Positions 55,209 through 64,000 of a stretch of 64,000 nt of DNA are shown here, piece after piece. A program made the position numbers and the translations under genes. The notes beneath the pieces were generated by a model that was given only the letters and a program-made list of their open reading frames with translations, had not been told where the DNA came from and ran no database searches. Location: NCBI GenBank assembly GCA_051362555.1, contig CM120641.1, positions 39,872,401 through 39,936,400 on the forward strand. The letters are read 5' to 3'. This stretch comes from Lingula anatina. Taxonomy: Eukaryota > Animalia > Brachiopoda. Numbering within the stretch: position 1 is the first letter of the stretch; each line of letters opens with the position of its first letter.

Positions 55209-55220
55209 AGGTCAAGGTCA
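55209..55220 (+). promoter_or_regulatory. ERR response element TCAAGGTCA within an AGGTCA direct repeat (DR0)
   Basis: AGGTCAAGGTCA seen directly, about 50 bp upstream of the PRDX5 mitochondrial ATG. Confidence 0.55.
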
Positions 55221-55271
55221 TAAATGTTGTTGCTGCAGTGTTAAAAATAAAAGTTGAAAAGGCTTTAAAGA

Positions 55272-58200
55272 ATGCGTTGTTGTGGAAAAGTGCTGACACT
55301 GGTCAATCATCAGTTTATCAGAGGTTCAAGGACATTTTTCACTGCTACTGTCAACAGTATGCCTATCAAGGTAAGCATGGACTGTTGAGCTGTTTCCTAA
55401 GCAGGTTTGCCTCACTTTAGCCTACGGGTTAGCTTACTAGCCTACTAATAGTAGCAAGGAGTTATAACAGAAGGAGATTACACGCAAGCCTTTCTATTGT
55501 CCGATGTCTGTTACGGTGGGCGGAGCTAGCTACGGGGGGCCTCCGGTCTCAAGGTTTCGTCTGCGTCGCTCTCCTCAGCTTGGAGATAAATTTCATATGC
55601 GTTATTTCGCGTTAGAATTCGAGATCAGTAATGTCAAAAGGCCGCTGTATGCTGACGATTTTTTTCACAGGTAATTATTTGGACGATGTGCTGGAAGGGA
55701 ACGATATCATAGAAAGCGATTATAAGGTGGTGACTGAGGATGGTCGCCATGAGCTTTTTTTAGTCGGTGATAGATGGCTTTTTTTATGGCACAACCCGGT
55801 GAAAAATCACCAAGGAAAAGTCAGAAGAAAACGTCCCAACTGTGGTTTGTGAAAATGACGTTCAAGTGAACGTCTGTCCTCACTGCCAAAGGACATAATA
55901 TTAATACATTAACGTTTGGACCCTCCTGCCCTTGGGTCCCATAAACATATACATTGTGACAGTGCCTACGCTTTGTGTCTGGTTTTAAATTTCTTAAGTT
56001 TTTTTCTCTCACTCGCTATAATTTTAATATTATAATGCATTTAATTAAAATTTTAATCCAAGGTTGAGGCAATGCCACGACACGTCAGTTTACTGAATAC
56101 TCGTTATAAATTTCTTTATCTTGGAACATTCCCTTTTTTTCAGGATTATTTGACACGTACTAACACTGTTCATATTTGTCGGTAAACAAGTGCACAGTGC
56201 TATACATTAAGAATAATTTTTATTCATTCAGAAATATATTTATGTACAAAATATATCAGAAATTTTAGTATTCACTGAGCTCTTTAAAGTGAAACAAATA
56301 AAGATGAGAATATTGAATTTCAAACTATTATTTACTATATTAACTTAAAATATCTTTTAAGTCAACTCTATACTCAAGCACTCTATACTCTATACTCATG
56401 AAAGTAGCATCTGTGAGTAAAACCATTTTATTATATCAATAGAAGAACAAAAACAAAAATTTTACACATAAGCAGTAATAAATGAAGTCATAAGAATGAT
56501 TAAGTTGCTACAGTTTTCCAGTTTTATGCAGTCTATGATGGCATTTTTTTTCAACCGTGCAAATAGAAATAATTGTATTCTTTTTTATCTGACTTGCTGA
56601 TACCAGTCTGTGCCAGATACTATTCCACTTACAGGCCAGCAAGGTCTGAGAATCTAATGGGCCGAATGAAAAAAAAAATCCTAGAAGATAAAGTGGTTAA
56701 TTCTTACAAATAGGATGAAAAACATGGGATTTTCAAAAGGTTATTATAGATCAAGACAACACTTAGTAAGAACATTTATAAAATGTAACAGCTGAAAAAA
56801 TTAATTGGTAAGTAAGCAGTAAGTGACTGCTTTAAAGAAATTTCACTGAAACAGAAATTTCACTGGCAATCAACAATTTATATATAGGTTTTGAATTTTT
56901 TTCCACGTAACAGTAACATAAAATTTATGTCCACTTTTGCAATGTATAGAGTCAGTTAGGTGACTGAAAATATTTTAAAATGTCATAAAGGAGCACTATT
57001 AATTTAATGCAATCTCTGTTGGCCAGTCTTATCCAGTTTCTTCTCCAAAAAGGACAACTCAAGTGAGAATTTCTTCAGGGCCTTTTCTTCTGCCTTGCTA
57101 ATGCCATGCCACTCAGAAAATAGAGAAACCTGTAGGTTAGAAAAAAAAACATAATAATAGCATTATGAACTACTAGTATCCATGTAGACATTATGGAATT
57201 ATGCAGTGAAGTTTAATGTGTCTTGTTATGACTTGACTGAAATAATGTTCACCACATAAATGAACAATTTACAACTAAATTCATATAGAACATCAAGATT
57301 CATGATCACAAGCTAATAACCCCAAGAAATTGAAAGAAATTGTACTTATTACAAGAAATTATTTAAATCCGCCCTGGTCCCTACTCTTCTGACAGGACAA
57401 AAAGGGGATTTCAGAGAGGCTGGTTGCTAAAAGGAAAATGCCCAAGGTTGTTGTATTTTGAAAAAAAAAATTAAAAAGGGTACTGTTGTTAGTGAATGTT
57501 TAATGCATCTTAGGCATTATGACAAAAGTAACTTACCCCAGACACACTGACCTCCTTTTTTCATTGACATATTTTAATTTTTTCCAGCCTGACCATAATT
57601 CATATATTCAATGCAGCCTTCTCCCATATCTATAATAGAAAAAAAACTCGAGTAGGGTTAAGATATGCATGTCAAATTCATTATCAATTTTGAGAGAATT
57701 TCTGTTTCAACACTACAAGATGAAATATTTAATTTCAAGTAATGAATAAACCTTAATAGAGTTCTATTCTTTTGTAACCACCAAGGCAAAGCTTCTTTCT
57801 TAAAATGAACTGAAACATCCAAGCTTGCCACCTAACATGCCAAAGTAGTGAAGTATAATTTAAGTAGAGAAGCAAGTACCCCTTAATTATAGAGGTGTCT
57901 TACACAATAAAGTGTGTCTTACACACCTCGACTCAAAGAGAGATGTGTAGTGAGATAACAGGTAAAGTAATTGGTGGAGCCTAGGTGAACTTAAAACCTT
58001 AAGACTTTAAATTAAGAAGCACCAGGATTCATGTGTGTTCTTTTTTCAAAGGTTTAATATGAATTAAAACATATATATGTAAAAAGAAGACTAAATAAGT
58101 TAAAAATAACTATACCAAAGACACTGTGAAGTCAAACTTCCTGTTAGACCGCCATGATGGAAAATGCTGGGTGGAGGCAAAATTTTCCAGTCAAAAAAAC

Positions 58201-61200
58201 TGAGCACTTTACTTTAACAACAAAGTTACCACTCCAAAGCCACCCACCATGGTGAGAAGAAAAATGATGACCAACTGTCATGATAAGTCTTTTTAGATTT
58301 AGACATGAAAAAGGTAAAGGCCAAAATGGTACATTTACCCATAACACTAGAGTAAAAAATTGGTATTCTGAACAAATCGGGTTATTTTTTTCAAGAAATG
58401 TTGGAGCAGTATCCATGCAATATATACCACGCCACGACCAAGATGTTCAAGAATCTAAACACACCAAATTTTTTTATAATCTTGCATTTGAAAAGTACAA
58501 AAAGCGGTAAGGCTTTTGGCCATAACAAGCGTAACACTTTTTGATCGGAACTCATGAAAATTGTCAATTGTCGTATCCAAGCTAGACCACATGTAAAATC
58601 GCAAAAAAAAACAATACTGCTCAAGCAAGTGTGTTGCACACATAACAATTAGTTAAATTTTATGACTGTCATGTGACACAAGTTTCAAAAAGTAGGAGGA
58701 AAATGTCTTTTGGAGTAATTTTTTTTTCGAAATATTAACAAGATGGCGGCTTAAGCATCTGCTTGTTATTCGGCTACTGAAAGTGCACCTAAGTTTTATT
58801 CTTTGCTTTGCCACAAATTACTTAACAATTGCAACTGTATAAAGACCAAACTTTCTTCATCTGATACTATATTTATAGGCACTTGTTATGAGTGGGAAAT
58901 ATTTTTCGTGCAATATTTATTCTCCATACACCACCTCGCGAGATCAACGTGAAGCTGGACACTTACACAGTGAGACCCTACGACATAAAAGTTGCAATTT
59001 ATCTTCATATTTCGTGTAGTTATGCATTTTAAAGCACTTACCTGTTTTTTGAAAACCTTGTCCAACGTAATATCATATAAATTCTGTATTTCTCTCATTT
59101 TTTAGAAACTTGGGACTCCGTTTCTGTTTCTGTCCTCAAAAATCAACAGACGAAGGCACAGATACTAACAAACGAGATTTAAACGAGAGTAGCAATTAAG
59201 CGTAACAGAGATAGGCATCCATTGTTCTCTGGGTTCTATTCATTCCGACCAATGAGAGACCGTAATACGGGCTCCGCCCCCACGCGTGTAATCTCCTTCT
59301 GTTATAACTCCTTGATAGTAGTAAGTGTACACTGTAAGCTTTGGGACATAATAATCGGACATAATCCGCCGCTCTTTTGTTATCTTAACAGTCAGTGGAT
59401 ACGAGGAACAGACCCGTTTTATGACGCGATAGACTATATCAAGGTACAACTGTACAGTACATAAATGTAACCAAACCCAACTTGGGTATCCGCATTTGAA
59501 TTTGTTGAAATCTTTTATCGACACACATTGGTTTGATAGTCAATTTTGCTAAACTCAGAATTTGAGATGTATTTGTTTGTGAATGTGTAGTAATGATGCA
59601 CTTTATGAAAAGGATGCAGTTTAACAAAGGTTAATTGGTACTTTCGCATTATTCCCACCCTTACAGCTTTTGGCTTCCAATGTTTTTTTTTTCTTTTTCT
59701 TTTTTTATTTTTTACTTTCAACAATAACTCAGCTGTTCAAATAATCAAATTTGACAATTAACTATAAATGGGCTCAGGAATCAGTAAACAAAGTTCATAA
59801 ATATGTGTAATTCTTTGTGTATTTTAGGAAGGAGATAGGTTGCCAAACATTGAAGTTTTGGAGAAGACCCCAAACACAAAAGTCCATCTGGGAGAGTTGT
59901 TTAAAGGCAAAAAAGGGGTTTTATTTGGCGTTCCAGGAGCATTTACTCCAGGTTGTTCAAAGGTAAAAGGAATACGTTTGAAGTGGCAGTACCTGTAAGT
60001 TTCAAAGTGCTTCAGAATCATGATTGGATTGGTTTTCAGTAGCTCGCATTTCAGTGCTTAGCAAATAGACAGTAACAGTTATTCTGTCCTCTTTCTAGGT
60101 CACTATGGCTTTCAAAATAAGTACAATATTTTTAGTATATCTAGCATTATAATCATTGATACATGATTAATTCTTGATATACTCAAAGATAAGTGGTAAA
60201 TTTAAAATCCACTTTCTGTGTATCTGTCACTGGCAAACACCAGCAGTTTTGTCATGATCTTCATAAATCTTCATTCCTAATTGGCTTCTCATAAAACGGT
60301 ATTTATTTCAGACACATCTTCCTGGTTATGTTCAGAATTTTGACAAACTGAAAGCCAAAGGCATGGATGTGATTGCATGTATTGCTGTCAACGATCCCTT
60401 TGTGATGGATGCCTGGGGAGAAAATCAAGGCGCAAATGGCAAAGTAAGTATGTAGATGATATTATTTATTAAAAAGGATGCAGCACACGAACAGAATGGC
60501 TTGAACATTCCACATTCTTCAGAAACATCCCTAACTATTGACTAACTAATCAACAGATACAAATTAGAGGTTCGTTTTGAAAATATTGAACTTTAAGAAT
60601 GTGTCCTTTTCAGTAATGAACTTCATTGTCATGTGGTCAGATGATGTAAAAGGGAACAGTGCCCTCTCAAGGGAGCTAGCAAGTTAAGCTATCAAACTAA
60701 GCAGCCATTATCAACCTGTAAGATAGGTTTTCAAACTCCTGATACCAACCCATAGCCATTCCCTTTTCTTATCTGAGGTGTAAATCCTGGTGATGTGTTT
60801 TTCATGTCTATTCAATTTTTAACCTAACAATTTTAACAACAAGGTCATGTAAAAATTATGCAGTTAGATAGCTTTTGCATGTTTTACTTGTTTATATATC
60901 TCTGCAGGCAAGGAGGATGATGTGCATCTTGAAAGTACGGATTAGTAGGGGAATAAACCTTTGTTGATATTTATGTCACGCTTGTAAATACAAAAGAAAT
61001 AATGTCTTTGTTTATGCCAAAAAAGAGAAAGAAATTAGAACTAACATTTATTTCAGTTGTTTGTTCATCTTATCTCAATGTGATCAGAGCAATCTTGAGT
61101 TACTGGTTGGTGCGAATTTTTCCCGTTTTAAATTAAGGGTTATGTAACAGCTGTTCATTTTGGTCAAGTGATAAATTTCCCTTCTATTATAACTTACAGT

Positions 61201-61247
61201 CATATTTAGATGTTTATTTCTCTCTCATACAAACACACACACACACT

Positions 61248-61280
<33 letters not shown>

Positions 61281-62142
61281 ACTAGTATGTTTTGGCATAA
61301 TGCATTGTCAGGTTGAAACATCGGCTCACAATATTTAGTCCTTGTTGGTAGTATTCTAATACAACATTTGGTGTAATTGGTTTTGACATTTATTTTCAGA
61401 TCCAAATGCTGGCAGACTACAAAGGAGAATTTGCAAAGGTAAGTCAGTTCTACTGTTTGGTAATGTAAGTGCAAATATTGCCGTTTAGTTTTATTCTTAA
61501 CACAAACTCTATTCTAATGTCATTTGCATTCACATTGGCGTTCTCATAAATTTATGCAGTTTTAAAAACTGTCTCTGTAGTATTTCAGCAAACTAGTTCT
61601 TTTTAGTCTGGCATAAATTTTCATTTCTTTTGAGTAGAATAAAACTTAAGCTTGGCAATTCCTTGAACATGCTGCTGCCTATAGGGCTTCCACTTGCAAA
61701 ACATGTTTTATAGATTATAAAAAAAAAATTTTACCGTGCAGGCAGCAGATCTGGAGAAGGACCTCACTGGTGCTCTGGGCAGCATTCGTTGTAAAAGGTA
61801 ACACTGACTTTCATAATAGCTGGTCTTGTACTGCACTGGTAGTTAAAAACTTATCAAATTGTAGTAAAAATTGGACCTCTTCTTTTACTGTAAAACAGTG
61901 TTTCATGTTAATTAAGTATGCTAATTTGAACTTTTTTTTACATAAACCACTTAATGTTGGTAACTTGTGTACTAATTTGTTACAAATATATATATTGACA
62001 AAATGAAATCGCCGTTTTTCACTATTTTTTTTCCAGATTTTCCATGGTTGTAGAGGATGGTGTTGTGAAGAAGCTCAATGTGGAGCCAGATGGGACAGGA
62101 CTCACTTGCAGTTTGGCAGATAATGTTTTGTCCCAGCTGTAG
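55272..62142 (+). CDS. PRDX5: Peroxiredoxin-5 with N-terminal mitochondrial presequence and C-terminal PTS1
   Basis: Exons 55272-55370 (MRCCGKVLTLVNHQFIRGSRTFFTATVNS-MPIK), 59828-59962 (EGDRLP..VPGAFTPGCSK), 60312-60443 (THLPGYV..VNDPFVM), 61400-61438, 61742-61797 and 62037-62142 (..NVEPDGTGLTCSLADNVLSQL*). Peroxidatic PGAFTPGCSKTH and resolving GLTCS motifs are present. A second in-frame ATG is at 55359. Confidence 0.96.
55455..59314. mobile_element. Non-autonomous TIR DNA transposon, P-superfamily-like ends (31-bp TIR, 7-bp TSD), in PRDX5 intron
   Basis: CAAGGAGTTATAACAGAAGGAGATTACACGC at 55455-55485 is the exact reverse complement of 59284-59314. ATAGTAG flanks both sides (55448-55454 and 59315-59321). 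Subterminal inverted motifs GGGCGGAGC (55518 and 59271) and CGGTCTC (55544 and 59256). Confidence 0.88.
57004..59098 (-). pseudogene. Decayed three-exon MADF (Myb/SANT-like) gene inside the transposon
   Basis: Exons 59098-59042, 57629-57537 and 57129-57004 have GTAAGT donors and AG acceptors. Reading across frameshifts gives MREIQNLYDITL-DKVFKKQIWEKAA..WKKLKYVNEKRR..SG..KKRP*..KFSLELSFLEKKL. This fits the MADF pattern LYD..K..K...WE..A..WK.L..Y..E.R..SG..W.F..ELSFL. Stops and frameshifts are present. Confidence 0.65.
61232..61280. repeat. (CA)n/(CT)n compound microsatellite
   Basis: Seen directly. Confidence 0.9.
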
Positions 62143-64000
62143 ACATATTCTCTCAACAGATTCAATAACATGAACACAAAAAACGCACAAGTTTTGTCTA
62201 CGACTACGCTTATGAATTTAAGGCCTTAAATGCATCTTCCAGGCAGGCTTAGGTTGATCCCATGCTTATTTAAGTGACATATAAGACTACTTAGTCCAGT
62301 TACCTTATTATAGTGGTGATGGGTTGAAGACGTCCATAAGGCTTCCAGCAGTTGGTTTCAAAAAAACGAGTTCCCATTGCCAACTGAATTTTACCATGTC
62401 GCAGTATTCAAGCTCATCTTCAAGTGTGGCAGCTAATATAGATGCTAGAACTGCATTTGACACATTTTTTTTCCTTTGTTTTGTGGAAAGTCACGTTGAA
62501 ATAAATCATGCCATAAAATATTACACGATTTGTCTTTAAAGCTCTTCCAACTCTTGACCGTAGAACAGTAGTTAAAGAATGAGATTTACACAGTATCACT
62601 GGTGAAGCTTCACTATTAAAATTTTATTTTTAAAATCGTATATGTTGCAAAAGAATTTTAGGGACAGAACAAGTGTTGAAATAGAATTTTTACATGTAAA
62701 TTGTCAAGAAGCTTTCAACATCAAAACTGAAAATGGTCAAATTATTGGATGTTGTTTTAAAGGATTTCATTTAAAATTCTGACACTTTTCAGTTTGCCCT
62801 TCAAAAAAAAAAAAAAAAATCTATTACCAATCACAAGTAAAAATTGCGTTAAACAAAATCTTCCGAAATTGGGGAAAAATACTTTTTGGAGGATAAGTGG
62901 GGCACTGAACAATTTATTGAGCACTCAAACAATAGACTCCTTGTATTTTGTAACATGACACTTCTCTTACAAGCAACTTACTAAATGATATACCAGACCA
63001 CACAAAATGAACAGGTTCTTTTTTGGACAAGTGTACATCACAGCAAAATAATCTGTTTAAAGCTTGTTAAAAGCAAAAGCCTCTCAATCTGCCAAACCCA
63101 ACACAATCAGTCTTGTTAACATAGGACTGAAAGCTATTAGTTTCTACAACATCACAATTCTGAAAATTCACACTACAGCAACTTCTTGGAGCTTGCTGTG
63201 ATTTTATAATATCAAATTACAAAGCACTTGGAAATACTTTGAAACATTTTCTATATCATAAGGCTAACAAAGAAATCTAAAAGTTGTATATTTCTTTTAA
63301 AGAAAATTTAATGTTTACTTCACAAAAAGACCTAGCATATTATTATTACACAGGCAATCCATTAATATCAAATCAACGGAACAAAGACTGACAATTATTG
63401 TTCAACAGTCAACCTGGTTTGTAATTTTCTTACAAGCTGTCTAAAATTCTTCAGCTGTTAGTGATAGATATCTGTTGAATTAACTAATATCCTTTTCAAT
63501 TTGCATTTCACTTTTTCACATGGTGATTACAATTTCTTCATTACAAATAGGAACCTTCACCATAATCTACAAATATGACTTTCTTAAATTTTTAACTTAA
63601 AATATAAGAGATGAATAAAAACCTATTTTGATATCTTTACATGATACTAAAATATCCTTTAGTGCTAAATTCTTGTACAATACTATTACAACAGATGAAA
63701 AGGGAAAAATAATTGCTTACATTTTTCCACATAGGAAACCTTCCATTAATGATCAGTAACTATTGGTAATATCACTGAACTGTTTTACATCTCGACTAAT
63801 ACAGATGCTTTCAAGCAATTTTTGTGTCTATATAAACTGCTTTTTACAAATTTGCAGCTTTGGAATACATGCTTTATTGAAGTGTGTAGGTAACAGCACC
63901 ATAATTATGCTGCAGCTCTCCTTTCCACATGTTCACAACAGTGGTCTTTGACTTTTGCCACTAGAAAACATTTGATTAGGTTATACATGTAGTGTCCCCA

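Noticed and set aside
55238-55852. Apparent two-exon + strand gene joining ORFs 55238 and 55631
   Set aside because: No in-frame ATG was found. The first part is the PRDX5 presequence exon read in the wrong frame and the second part lies inside the transposon.
57537-57629. Two in-frame TGA codons suggesting a selenoprotein next to PRDX5
   Set aside because: The conserved-looking MADF residues switch frame within this exon, no SECIS-like hairpin was seen downstream, and the gene lies inside a transposon. Pseudogene decay explains it better.
58140-58290. Hairpin ending in ACA, possible H/ACA snoRNA in the minus-strand intron
   Set aside because: Only one convincing stem, no recognisable H box or family motif, and it sits within transposon-internal sequence.
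59329-59340. RSS-heptamer-like CACTGTA and outer AGCTTAC inverted match (RAG-like or Harbinger ends)
   Set aside because: These lie outside the perfect TIR/TSD boundary, there is no matching heptamer at the left end, and no RAG1/RAG2-like coding sequence is present.

Overview
AT-rich, intron-rich invertebrate genomic DNA (probably a lophotrochozoan such as a mollusc; the species cannot be determined from sequence alone). I reconstructed six spliced protein-coding genes by hand from splice sites and reading phases. They are the 3' half of the nuclear receptor ERR (+), a consortin-like gene (-, with a U12-type intron), GPATCH2 (-), TEX43/SPMIP10 (+, head-to-head with GPATCH2), the kinetochore scaffold KNL1 (-, with a 105-bp MELT-module tandem array and three KI-like motifs) and peroxiredoxin-5 (+, head-to-head with KNL1, with a mitochondrial presequence and C-terminal SQL). 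The most unexpected feature is a 3.86-kb DNA transposon in the first coding intron of PRDX5. It has perfect 31-bp terminal inverted repeats resembling P-element ends and a perfect 7-bp target-site duplication, but it carries a spliced, decayed MADF (Myb/SANT-like) gene and no recognisable P transposase. A perfect ERR response element lies just upstream of the PRDX5 mitochondrial-targeting exon. The ERR-GPATCH2-PRDX5 linkage mirrors neighbours that are split among the three human ESRR loci. Several MITEs and microsatellites are also present. All family assignments come from recalled motifs, not database searches.
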